From a virus (Duplodnaviria; Caudoviricetes): DNA of 32,739 bases. A program made the translations under genes and the position numbers. The notes under the pieces are model-generated. The model was not told the DNA's origin and did not search any database. It was given only the letters and a program-made list of their open reading frames with translations. The stretch is taken from the IMG/VR virus record IMGVR_UViG_3300032232_000594, positions 1 through 32,739 of that record; one strand, written 5' to 3'. Of the stretch, positions 1 to 8,706 are shown one piece after another (within the stretch, counting starts at the first letter, position 1; each line of letters starts with the position of its first letter).

Positions 1-345
1 AACAAGGCTCAGGTCTACACCAGCACCAGGTTCTACTCGATGACCACTGGCATCATTGAGCTGGTTCCGCCATCTGCTGACGAATTGACGATCGACATGG
101 TGTACTACGGAAAAATCCCAGCGTTGTCGGTGACAAACACGACGAACTGGCTTTTGACCAAGGCTCCTGACGTCTATCTCTACGGCGCACTCAGCCACGC
201 CGCTCCATTCCTGATGGATGATGCTCGAATGGGCACATTTGGGCAGATATACCTTGCTCGCGTTCAATCGTTGCAGGATGAATCACAAAAATCGCTGCAT
301 AGCGGATCTCCGCTGGTCGCAAGACCGACGCGGGTCTACGGATAA
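1..345 (+). CDS. Head-tail adaptor protein (5'-partial)
   Basis: Frame is open from base 1 (NKAQVYTSTRFYSM...). The YY..IPALS..NTTNWLL...PDVYLYGAL motif is typical of podovirus adaptor proteins; lies just before tail genes. Confidence 0.7.
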   Translation, partial: NKAQVYTSTRFYSMTTGIIELVPPSADELTIDMVYYGKIPALSVTNTTNWLLTKAPDVYLYGALSHAAPFLMDDARMGTFGQIYLARVQSLQDESQKSLHSGSPLVARPTRVYG

Positions 346-354
346 GGAGCTACC

Positions 355-783
355 ATGTCCAAGTCTAACGCTTTTGAAAACTCTCTGCTTAAACTGATCT
401 TCAACGCGACGGCGATCGCCAATCTTGCAGATAACGCGGCGTCATCTCCGCTGACCAATCTCTATGTGTCGCTCCACACGGCTGATCCTGGCGAGGCTGG
501 CGACCAGTCTACCAGCGAGGCGACGTATACGGGCTACGCTCGCGTGGCTGTTCTCCGCACGACTGGCGGCTGGACGGTGACGAACAACAGCGTGTCACCC
601 GTTGCCAACATCGACTTCGCCAACTGTACTGGCGGCACAAACACGATCACCTATTTTGGCGTTGGGTCTGCATCAAGCGGCGCGGGCGTCCTGTACTACA
701 GCGGCACTGTCAGCCCGAGCATTTCTGTCAGCTCCGGCGTAACGCCTCGCCTGACGACCGCATCCACCATTACTGAGGACTAA
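355..783 (+). CDS. Conserved virion structural (tail-associated) protein
   Basis: AGGAG RBS at 346. LYVSLHTADPGE...YARV motif is common in phage structural proteins; beta-rich. Confidence 0.65.
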   Translation: MSKSNAFENSLLKLIFNATAIANLADNAASSPLTNLYVSLHTADPGEAGDQSTSEATYTGYARVAVLRTTGGWTVTNNSVSPVANIDFANCTGGTNTITYFGVGSASSGAGVLYYSGTVSPSISVSSGVTPRLTTASTITED

Positions 784-788
784 AGCCG

Positions 789-2327
789 ATGGCTTTTATT
801 ACAGCAGATCGTGTTCGAGACACATCGAGCACGGCTGGCTCTGGCGCGTTTTCCGTATCGGGAACTGCGCCAACCGGCTATCGGACGTTTTCTGCTGTTT
901 TGTCCGTCAGCGACACTTTTTATTACTGCATCCAGCACCAAACACTCGACGAGTGGGAAGTCGGCCTAGGAACGTACACGTCCGCAAACACGTTCAGCCG
1001 AACAACCGTCTATTCATCATCAAATGCTGGATCGACCGTTACGTTCTCTGCTGGAACTAAAGACGTATTTATCACGATGGCGGCGTCTAGGTCTCCGCAG
1101 TTGAATGCGTCTGGTAATGTGACAGCACTAGGGACGCCTGTTTCGGCGACACTGACAAATGCCACTGGTTTGCCACTTACTACAGGCGTGACAGGTGTTC
1201 TGCCGTTTGCTAATGGCGGCAACCTGGCATGGCAATCCGTTCAGACCGGCAACTTCACGGCTGTTGCTGGCAACGCATATCCAGTTAATACGACATCTGG
1301 TGCAGTGACAGTCACGCTTCCGGCATCTCCTGTTGCTGGGCAAGTTGTTCACATTACGGACTATGCCGGGACGTTCAATACTAACAATGTAACTTTAGGA
1401 AGAAACGGTTCAAACATAAACGGACTTGCAGCTAACGCTGTTCTTTCAACAGGAAGATCAAGCGTCAGTATCGTTTATATTGATTCAACACAGGGCTGGC
1501 TTGCATATTCATCAGTTGCAAGAAGTCCCTTTAATTATGAGGCGACATACCTCGTTGTTGCGGGTGGTGCTGGTGGCGGCGGGTTTGGCGGCGGCGGCGC
1601 TGGTGGTTATCAAACTTCAACTGCAGTTTTAGCAAATGGAACTTCTTATACCATTACGGTTGGTGGCGGCGGCGCAGGAGGCGCAGTTAGCGCTAGAGGA
1701 ACAAACGGAAACAATTCCGTTTTTAGTGCTATTACATCTACCGGCGGTGGCGGCGGTGGCGCGTCAAGTAATACTTTGCAGAATGGCCTATCTGGCGGAT
1801 CAGGTGGTGGGGCTGGGACCGCATCAACAACTCCGTTTGCTACTGGTGCGGTTGGTTCAGGAACGTCAGGGCAAGGAAACAATGGCGGCCTTGCCGTTGC
1901 TACAGGCGGAACTGCCGCTGGCGGCGGCGGCGGCGCAAGCGCCGTTGGTAGCGCGGGCGTAAGCACAACAGGCGGCGCGGGCGGCGCTGGAACCGCCTCG
2001 TCCATTACCGGAGCGTCTGTTACTTACGCTGGCGGGGGCGGCGGTGGCGGGCAAGTTACGCGAGGTTCAGGCGGTGCGGGCGGGGGCGGTGCGGGAGCGC
2101 AGCAAACGGGAAGCCTTGCTGGCGTGGCCGGTACTGCGAATACGGGTGGCGGCGGCGGCGGCGGATATAGTGCAAGTTTTGCGTCGGGGGCGGGTGGCTC
2201 TGGGGTAGTCATTCTTTCTGTTCCAACCGTAAACTATAGCGGCACCACAACAGGTTCTCCGACAGTTACGACCAGTGGTAGCAATACCATTATGACGTTT
2301 ACGGCTTCAGGGAGCTACACGGCATGA
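789..2327 (+). CDS. Glycine-rich tail fibre/adhesin
   Basis: N-terminal ADRVRDTS...EWEVGLGTY...FSAGTKDVF module; T4-fibre-like YPVNTTSGAVTVTLPASP segment; C-terminal YLVVAGG...GGSGVVIL Gly-rich domain. Confidence 0.75.
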   Translation: MAFITADRVRDTSSTAGSGAFSVSGTAPTGYRTFSAVLSVSDTFYYCIQHQTLDEWEVGLGTYTSANTFSRTTVYSSSNAGSTVTFSAGTKDVFITMAASRSPQLNASGNVTALGTPVSATLTNATGLPLTTGVTGVLPFANGGNLAWQSVQTGNFTAVAGNAYPVNTTSGAVTVTLPASPVAGQVVHITDYAGTFNTNNVTLGRNGSNINGLAANAVLSTGRSSVSIVYIDSTQGWLAYSSVARSPFNYEATYLVVAGGAGGGGFGGGGAGGYQTSTAVLANGTSYTITVGGGGAGGAVSARGTNGNNSVFSAITSTGGGGGGASSNTLQNGLSGGSGGGAGTASTTPFATGAVGSGTSGQGNNGGLAVATGGTAAGGGGGASAVGSAGVSTTGGAGGAGTASSITGASVTYAGGGGGGGQVTRGSGGAGGGGAGAQQTGSLAGVAGTANTGGGGGGGYSASFASGAGGSGVVILSVPTVNYSGTTTGSPTVTTSGSNTIMTFTASGSYTA

Positions 2328-2698
2328 GCCACTTCGCCAAAGTTCTGGATGGCAAGGTCATCCAAGTGATCGTCGCTGAACAAGATTTCTTTGACACGTT
2401 TGTCGATAGTTCGCCCGGTCAGTGGATACAGACCAGCTACAATACTCGTGGCGGGATTCACTATGGGCCGGATGGCGATCCAGATAATGGCGAGGCTCTG
2501 CGGGGCAACTACGCTGGCATTGACTATATCTACGATCAGTCCAATGACGTTTTCTATCCGCCGCAGCCCTATCCGTCATGGACTTTGAATCAGACGACAT
2601 GGTTGTGGGAAGCCCCAGTGACCTATCCTGATGATGGGAAGCTGTATCGTTGGGATGAGGCGCAAACCAGTTGGGTCTTGATCGAAGTGCAGGAATAA
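2324..2698 (+). CDS. Fibre-associated protein (probable chaperone of the Gly-rich fibre)
   Basis: ATGA overlap with the fibre. MSHFAKV...WIQTSYN...NYAGI...PQPYPSW...WEAP motif typically follows Gly-rich fibres. Confidence 0.6.
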   Translation: MSHFAKVLDGKVIQVIVAEQDFFDTFVDSSPGQWIQTSYNTRGGIHYGPDGDPDNGEALRGNYAGIDYIYDQSNDVFYPPQPYPSWTLNQTTWLWEAPVTYPDDGKLYRWDEAQTSWVLIEVQE

Positions 2699-2700
2699 AC

Positions 2701-2934
2701 ATGGACACGCAGAACCTATTCAATCTTGTCGCCGGTTCAGCCATCGGGATTGGAGGATGGTTTGCGCGTCAATTATGGGATTCAGTTCAGATGTTGAAGG
2801 ACGACGTTCATCGGATCGAAGTCGATATGCCAAAAACCTATGTCATGAAGGAAGACCTAGACAAGCGCATGGAGCACATTGAATACATGTTTCAGCGCAT
2901 ATACGACAAGCTTGATGGCAAGGCGGACAAATAA
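2701..2934 (+). CDS. Small membrane protein, putative holin/antiholin
   Basis: AGGA RBS, ATG at 2701; N-terminal hydrophobic helix then coiled coil; heads the lysis cassette. Confidence 0.5.
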   Translation: MDTQNLFNLVAGSAIGIGGWFARQLWDSVQMLKDDVHRIEVDMPKTYVMKEDLDKRMEHIEYMFQRIYDKLDGKADK

Positions 2935-3398
2935 TGGACCCGATTACGATCCTTGCAATCGCCAAGGGAAGCTATGAAGCCATTAAGGGCGGTATCGCCG
3001 TTGGCAAAGAGCTTCAGGGGATGGCGAAGGATTTAGGGTCTCTGTTTGATAGCGTCGCCCACATCACGCGTATCGCCGCAGAGCCTCCAAAGGCCAGTTT
3101 GCTATCTGGCAAGACCGCCGAACAGATGGCGATGGAAGCTTATGCCGCAAAGGCCGAAGCCGATCAGATGATGGCTGATCTCAAGAACCATTTTATCAGC
3201 GAGTTTGGGCTTGCTGCATGGGATGAGGTTGTTGCCGCTACAACTCGAATCAAGAAAGAAATCAAAGCTGCGGAAGTCAAGGCCGCTAACGAAAGGGCTG
3301 AGATGATGGATGACGTTGCTACTTGGAGCGTCGGCGTCATCCTGTTCGCTACAGTTCTTGCCATCCTCGCGCTGCTATCAATCGCAATCTTCCATTGA
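2934..3398 (+). CDS. Membrane-anchored coiled-coil protein in lysis cassette
   Basis: TAATG coupling; MDPITILAIA N-terminus; C-terminal TM helix. Confidence 0.55.
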   Translation: MDPITILAIAKGSYEAIKGGIAVGKELQGMAKDLGSLFDSVAHITRIAAEPPKASLLSGKTAEQMAMEAYAAKAEADQMMADLKNHFISEFGLAAWDEVVAATTRIKKEIKAAEVKAANERAEMMDDVATWSVGVILFATVLAILALLSIAIFH

Positions 3399-3407
3399 GG
3401 TGATTAC

Positions 3408-3929
3408 ATGGGCTTGCTTGATCAATTCGGGCCGCTGCTTGGGCAAGTAGCACCTACCATCGCAACAGCCCTAGGAGGCCCGCTGGCTGGCATTGCGGTC
3501 AAGACCATATCCAACGTGCTGCTGGGTCATGAAAACGGCTCTGAAGACGACGTGAAGGCTGCAATGGCCGTCGCGACGCCAGATCAGCTTGCCGCATTGA
3601 AGAGGATCGACGCAGATTTCAAAATCCACATGAAGGAGTTGGATATTGATCTTGAGCGGATTGCCGCAGGGGATCGAGACAGTGCCCGCAAGCTGCAGTC
3701 TGAAACCAAGGACTGGGTTCCAAAGCTTCTGGCAGTTGTCATCACGATTGGTTTCTTTGGCATCTTGGTCTGGATGCTGTTTCATGGGATGCCGCAGACA
3801 GGAACTGAGGCGCTCTTGATGATGCTGGGTGCTCTTGGAACTGCATGGACCGGCGTGATGAACTTCTATTTCGGATCATCGGCGGGATCGAAGGCCAAGA
3901 CCGACGCTCTGGCGGCAAAGGACAAGTGA
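3408..3929 (+). CDS. Holin (GTA 3-TM holin-like)
   Basis: VAPTIATALGGPLAG...DRDSARK...two C-terminal TM helices ending FYFGSS; directly upstream of the endolysin. Confidence 0.7.
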   Translation: MGLLDQFGPLLGQVAPTIATALGGPLAGIAVKTISNVLLGHENGSEDDVKAAMAVATPDQLAALKRIDADFKIHMKELDIDLERIAAGDRDSARKLQSETKDWVPKLLAVVITIGFFGILVWMLFHGMPQTGTEALLMMLGALGTAWTGVMNFYFGSSAGSKAKTDALAAKDK

Positions 3930-3930
3930 T

Positions 3931-4449
3931 ATGAAAGAGAACTGGGACGCCTGCTTTGAAATGGTCATCAAGCATGAGGGTGGCTTTGTCGATCACCCAA
4001 AAGACCCAGGTGGCATGACGAACCTCGGCGTCACCCGCAGAAACTGGGAGAACTACCTTGGCCGCGATGTGTCTGAGGCAGACATGCGCTCTCTGACGCC
4101 CGATCGCGTCAAGCCGTTCTACAAGGCGCTTTATTGGGACAAGATCAAGGGTGACCAGCTTCCGTCTGGCGTGGACTATGCGGCCTTCGATCTGGCAGTA
4201 AACAGCGGTCCAGTGAAAGCCGCCAAACTGCTGCAAGAGATTTCCGGCGTTCCGGTTGACGGTCTCATTGGTCCACGATCGCTCGATGCAATCCATGCCT
4301 GCGATGCCAAGGAAGTCGCGGAAACACTCTGTGACTTGCGAATGGATTTCCTGAAGCGTCTGTCCACGTTTGAGACGTTTGGCAAAGGCTGGAGCAGCAG
4401 GGTGGCCGACGTTAGCGCCAAGGCCGCAGAAATGGTACTATCGGCATAG
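3931..4449 (+). CDS. Endolysin, glycoside hydrolase family 108 with C-terminal PG-binding domain
   Basis: HEGGFVDHPKDPGGMTNLGVT catalytic motif; FDLAVNSG, VDGLIGPRSL and FGKGW..R motifs. Confidence 0.92.
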   Translation: MKENWDACFEMVIKHEGGFVDHPKDPGGMTNLGVTRRNWENYLGRDVSEADMRSLTPDRVKPFYKALYWDKIKGDQLPSGVDYAAFDLAVNSGPVKAAKLLQEISGVPVDGLIGPRSLDAIHACDAKEVAETLCDLRMDFLKRLSTFETFGKGWSSRVADVSAKAAEMVLSA

Positions 4450-4467
4450 TCCAATCGTGGAACAGAT

Positions 4468-5382
4468 ATGGCTGATTTTGGCATAGCATCACAACCGATT
4501 GCCGCCTTTCCCATATCGGGATCGGCGCAGCAGCAGGGTGCTGTGTCCGCCGCCGTTGGAACGGCTGTTGGAACCTCAACGGCAACAGGTATTATCGAGG
4601 CGATTTCTGCCGCTGTTGGTTCTGCGGCAGGAACATCAACAGCCGATGCGTTTACATCCTCGATTGCAGAGGCGGTTGGCTCTGCAGCAGGAACCTCAAC
4701 TGCCGATGCTGTTGGTGCATCTACATCGGCAGGCATTGGCTCTGCAGCAGGAACGTCGACAGTCAGCGCAGTCAGCGAGGCCATAGCGGCTGGCGTTGGT
4801 TCTGCGGTAGGAACGTCTACCGTCACCGCGGTTGGGGCGTCTACGGCGGCGGCTGTTGGTTCTGCGGACGGAACATCAACGGCGCAGGCTGTTGGGTCTG
4901 TCATATCGGCGGCTGTCGGATCTGCCGCTGGAACATCGACGGCGGCGGCGATTGCAACGCCCATAGCCGCGGCAACGGGTTCTGCGGCTGGAACATCGAC
5001 GGCGACTGCGGTTGGGGCTGGGATCAACTTTGTCACTGGCGTTGGTTTGGCGGCTGGGACTTCGACAGCATCCGGCGTTCTTGCAGCCAATGCCTACATG
5101 GTCGGATCGGCTGTTGGGATCGGCAACGCGGCAGGCATTGGATCTTCTACCGCCGCAAGTGCTGGATCGGCGCAAGGAACGTGTGTAGTATCGGCAGTCG
5201 GAAAAGACATTGGCTGGCATCCGATACCGACGCCATCCGACACATGGGGGCCAGTCCCGGCTCCTACGACATCATGGGGCGTCGCCCCGACGCCTGTTAC
5301 GTCATGGGGCGTGGTTCCTGCGCCAGAGAACACTTGGAATGATATTCCAAAGCCTCAGAACACATGGCAGCGAGCCGCATAG
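4468..5382 (+). CDS. Ala/Gly/Ser/Thr repeat virion protein (fibre/shaft-like)
   Basis: About 11 copies of a 20-aa AAVGSAAGTSTA.. unit, then 10-aa W...P.P..T repeats at the C-terminus. Confidence 0.65.
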   Translation: MADFGIASQPIAAFPISGSAQQQGAVSAAVGTAVGTSTATGIIEAISAAVGSAAGTSTADAFTSSIAEAVGSAAGTSTADAVGASTSAGIGSAAGTSTVSAVSEAIAAGVGSAVGTSTVTAVGASTAAAVGSADGTSTAQAVGSVISAAVGSAAGTSTAAAIATPIAAATGSAAGTSTATAVGAGINFVTGVGLAAGTSTASGVLAANAYMVGSAVGIGNAAGIGSSTAASAGSAQGTCVVSAVGKDIGWHPIPTPSDTWGPVPAPTTSWGVAPTPVTSWGVVPAPENTWNDIPKPQNTWQRAA

Positions 5383-5393
5383 GAGACAGTTCG

Positions 5394-6224
5394 ATGGCCG
5401 ATTCATATACCGCAAACCTGAACCTGACGCTTCCAGAGGTAGGCGCAAGCCGTGACTCCTGGGGAACGAAGCTAAATACCGACCTGACAAGCATTGACGC
5501 TCTGTTTGCGGCGGCAGGCACTGGAACCTCTGTTGGCGTTAATATTGGGTCTGGGAAGACGTTGACGGTCAATGGATCGTTTGCCGGGTCTGCAATCCTT
5601 GGGGTGGCTCAGGGTGGAACTGGCGCTGCATCTTTGACTGCAAATAATGTGATCCTTGGAAATGGGACATCTGCGGTCCAACTTGTAGCTCCTGGAACCA
5701 ACGGAAATGTTCTAACCAGCAATGGAACGACCTGGCAGTCTACGGCGCCTGCATCTGGCATTAGCCTCTCTGCCGATAACACATGGACCGGCACCCAGAC
5801 GTTTGCCGGAACCAGCTCCAAGATTGCCGCAGCATTTTACAACATTGTCGAGCCAGCGACGGTTTCAGCCACAGCGGCAACCGGGACCATCAACTACGAT
5901 GTGACGACGCAATCAGTGCTGTATTACACTAGCAACGCATCCGCCAACTGGACGGTCAACTTTCGTGGATCATCTGGAACGTCGCTCAATACGCTAATGA
6001 CAACAGGCCAGATGATTACGGTGGCGTTTCTTGTGACGCAGGGAACGACTGCGTATTACAACAGCGCGGTACAAGTGGACGGCTCGTCTGTCACACCGAA
6101 ATGGCAGGGTGGCACGGCTCCCACGGCTGGCAATGCGTCTTCCGTTGATATCTACACCTACACCATCGTAAAGACGGGAAGCGCGGCTTTCACGGTCTTT
6201 GCGTCTCAGACCAAGTTTGCTTGA
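5394..6224 (+). CDS. Tail fibre proximal/anchor protein
   Basis: AGGAG at 5381, ATG at 5394. MADSYTANLNLTLPEVGASRDSWGTKLN is a conserved podovirus fibre N-terminus; GVAQGGTGA fibre repeat. Confidence 0.75.
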   Translation: MADSYTANLNLTLPEVGASRDSWGTKLNTDLTSIDALFAAAGTGTSVGVNIGSGKTLTVNGSFAGSAILGVAQGGTGAASLTANNVILGNGTSAVQLVAPGTNGNVLTSNGTTWQSTAPASGISLSADNTWTGTQTFAGTSSKIAAAFYNIVEPATVSATAATGTINYDVTTQSVLYYTSNASANWTVNFRGSSGTSLNTLMTTGQMITVAFLVTQGTTAYYNSAVQVDGSSVTPKWQGGTAPTAGNASSVDIYTYTIVKTGSAAFTVFASQTKFA

Positions 6225-6233
6225 GGATAAAAC

Positions 6234-8246
6234 ATGCCGACAGTCATTACAGAGGGTTCAGCATCAGCTCGGGCCTTTGGCTTTGGGGGTTCTGGAGGAA
6301 CCGCGCAGTTAAATTACATCGAAGATGTGTTTTCTACTTACCTGTATGTGGGAACAGGTGCTGCGCGAACAATTACAAATGGGGTTAACCTAGATGGGAA
6401 GGGTGGGCTTGTCTGGTTTAAGGACAGGACAGCCGCAAACCGTGGGAATGTTTTCTATGATACCGAAACTACTGGGGCTTTAAGGGGTCTTAAATTTCTC
6501 ACCAGTTCTGGAACATCATCTTCGCTTATTAGTAGCACAGCGGGCTACACAACAACCACTGGCTCTTCAGGATCAGGTATAGATTTTACAACGTCGGGGT
6601 TTTCCCTTAAGGACGATTCAGCTTGGTCTGTAAACAACTATTATACAAACCACAATTATGTATCGTGGTCCTTTCGCAAGCAGGCAAAATTCTTCAATAT
6701 TGTGTCTTACACTGGCACGGGCGCTAACCGCACAATAGCGCACAACCTTGGCTCAACGCCGGGGTGTATTATCGTTAAGAGGACAGATGCAACAGGTGGA
6801 AACTGGCAAGTGTACCACAGCGGCCTCACATCTGCGGCGTATAGCATTCAACTGAACCTTACAAATGCGCAGGCATCTGCAACAACTGTTTGGAATAATA
6901 CCGCCCCAACTAGTAGCGTGTTCAGCGTTGGGACAGATACCACTGTAAATGCTTCCGGTGGAACATACGTCGCTTACATATATGCCTCCAACGCAGGCGG
7001 CTTTGGCGCGGCTGGCACGGATAATGTGATAACGTGTGGGTCGTTTACAACTAACGGTAGCGGCACTGCAACTGTGACGCTTGGGTATGAGCCGCAGTGG
7101 GTAATGGTTAAAAGCATTACAACGGCAGGAAACTGGCGTCTTTACGACAGCATGAGAGGGATGACCGCTAGTGGAACTGGCGATCAAGAACTCAATCCAA
7201 ACTTAGAAAACGCAGAATCGTCAGACACAGGCGTACGTGTCAATGCAACAGGTTTTGCGTGGGTAGGAGGTCTGGTTTCTGAACCCTACATCTACATCGC
7301 CATCCGTCGCGGCCCGATGAAGACGCCGACTGATGCGACGAAGGTGTTTGGCATCAATGCTCGCACGGGAACCGGCGCAAATGTCACTGTGACCGGCGGC
7401 CAGAAAGATGATGCTGTTTTTATTAAGAACCGTGGCGCTACTGTTGCAAGCCTTCTTTCTTCTAGGCTTACAGGAACTGGGTATCTTTCGACCAGTGCGA
7501 CAACCGCAGAAACCGCTGCTGGTGTTACAATATTGCAGGCCAACCCCTGGGATGTTATGGATGGTGTGAAGGTTGGCACAACGTCAACCATTACAAATGC
7601 TTCCGCTGATACGTTTGTTAACTACCTTCTTCAACGCGCCCCCGGCTTCTTTGATGAAGTGTGCTATACGGGGACGGGCGCGAATACAACGCAAACGCAC
7701 AATCTAGGTGTTGTGCCAGAACTCATGATTGTGAAGGGTAGATCTGGCGCAACCGCATGGCAAGTTTACTCAAGTGCGTTGGCAAACACTGAATATCTTG
7801 TTCTCAATACGACAGCGGCCAAGGCTACGGGCGCAACTCGTTGGAACAGCACAACGCCGACCTCTTCCGTGTTCAGCGTGGGAACTGCATCTGAGGTAAA
7901 CACTTCGACGGCAACATACGTCGCTTACCTCTTTGCCACATGCTCTGGTGTAAGCAAGGTCGGCTCATACTCGGGAACAGGCGCAACGCAAACTATTGAC
8001 TGCGGCTTTACTGGTGGCGCTCGTTTTGTCCTAATCAAGCGCACAGATAGTACTGGCGATTGGTATGTTTGGGACACGGCTCGTGGCATGGTGTCTGGCA
8101 CTGATCCATCTTTGCTTTTCAACAGCACCGCCGCTGAAGTGAACGCCAACAGCGTCTATACCACTAGCGTCGGCTTCCAGATCGTCAGCACCGCCGCAGG
8201 CATCAATGCCTCTGGTGGAACCTATATTTTCTTGGCTGTGGCTTAA
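6234..8246 (+). CDS. Tail fibre/receptor-binding protein with repeated beta-sandwich domains (DUF7483-like)
   Basis: Recurring YTGTG....I.HNLG..P...IVK...W.VY...YVAY modules. Confidence 0.7.
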   Translation: MPTVITEGSASARAFGFGGSGGTAQLNYIEDVFSTYLYVGTGAARTITNGVNLDGKGGLVWFKDRTAANRGNVFYDTETTGALRGLKFLTSSGTSSSLISSTAGYTTTTGSSGSGIDFTTSGFSLKDDSAWSVNNYYTNHNYVSWSFRKQAKFFNIVSYTGTGANRTIAHNLGSTPGCIIVKRTDATGGNWQVYHSGLTSAAYSIQLNLTNAQASATTVWNNTAPTSSVFSVGTDTTVNASGGTYVAYIYASNAGGFGAAGTDNVITCGSFTTNGSGTATVTLGYEPQWVMVKSITTAGNWRLYDSMRGMTASGTGDQELNPNLENAESSDTGVRVNATGFAWVGGLVSEPYIYIAIRRGPMKTPTDATKVFGINARTGTGANVTVTGGQKDDAVFIKNRGATVASLLSSRLTGTGYLSTSATTAETAAGVTILQANPWDVMDGVKVGTTSTITNASADTFVNYLLQRAPGFFDEVCYTGTGANTTQTHNLGVVPELMIVKGRSGATAWQVYSSALANTEYLVLNTTAAKATGATRWNSTTPTSSVFSVGTASEVNTSTATYVAYLFATCSGVSKVGSYSGTGATQTIDCGFTGGARFVLIKRTDSTGDWYVWDTARGMVSGTDPSLLFNSTAAEVNANSVYTTSVGFQIVSTAAGINASGGTYIFLAVA

Positions 8247-8256
8247 GGAGAGCAAA

Positions 8257-8691
8257 ATGGAAATCCGCATCCGCGCCACTGGCGCAGTCATGTATGAGAG
8301 CGAGTTTCGCACGGTTGCAGGCGCTTCATGGGACCACACGACTGTTGAAGTTCTAGACCAACTTGGCGCTGATCCCGTTCTTGAAGGTCCGCAGCCAACT
8401 GCCGAACGCTATCAAACCGTTTACCGCGATGGCGTTGAGCAGATCGGCGGCGAATGGTTCACCAAGTACAGCTTGGCCGACATGGACGACGATACCAAAG
8501 CTTCTCATGATGCCGCACAGGCCAAGAACGTCCGCGAAGACCGAAACATTCGTCTTTCCGACTGTGACTGGACGCAACTTGCAGATGCTCCCGGTGACAA
8601 AACGGCATGGGCAGCGTATCGTCAATCTCTCAGAGACATAACATCTCAGACGGGGTTTCCTTGGGATGTTAACTGGCCGACCAAGCCGTAA
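8257..8691 (+). CDS. Tail fibre assembly chaperone
   Basis: AAGGAG RBS, ATG at 8257; C-terminal R..RN..L..CDWTQLADAP...WAAYRQSLRDIT.Q.GFP..V.WP..P signature. Confidence 0.85.
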   Translation: MEIRIRATGAVMYESEFRTVAGASWDHTTVEVLDQLGADPVLEGPQPTAERYQTVYRDGVEQIGGEWFTKYSLADMDDDTKASHDAAQAKNVREDRNIRLSDCDWTQLADAPGDKTAWAAYRQSLRDITSQTGFPWDVNWPTKP

Positions 8692-8706
8692 TTCGCGGGG
8701 ATTGCA

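Noticed and set aside
4176-5090. 304-aa antisense ORF and similar long antisense frames (16977-17717, 3742-4296)
   Set aside because: Shadow frames of GCN-rich sense genes; no independent signals.
6700-7940. Similar DNA segments in the 6234 fibre (e.g. near 6915 and 7868) as DGR template/variable repeats
   Set aside because: Differences are not adenine-specific, both copies are coding domains, and no reverse transcriptase is present.
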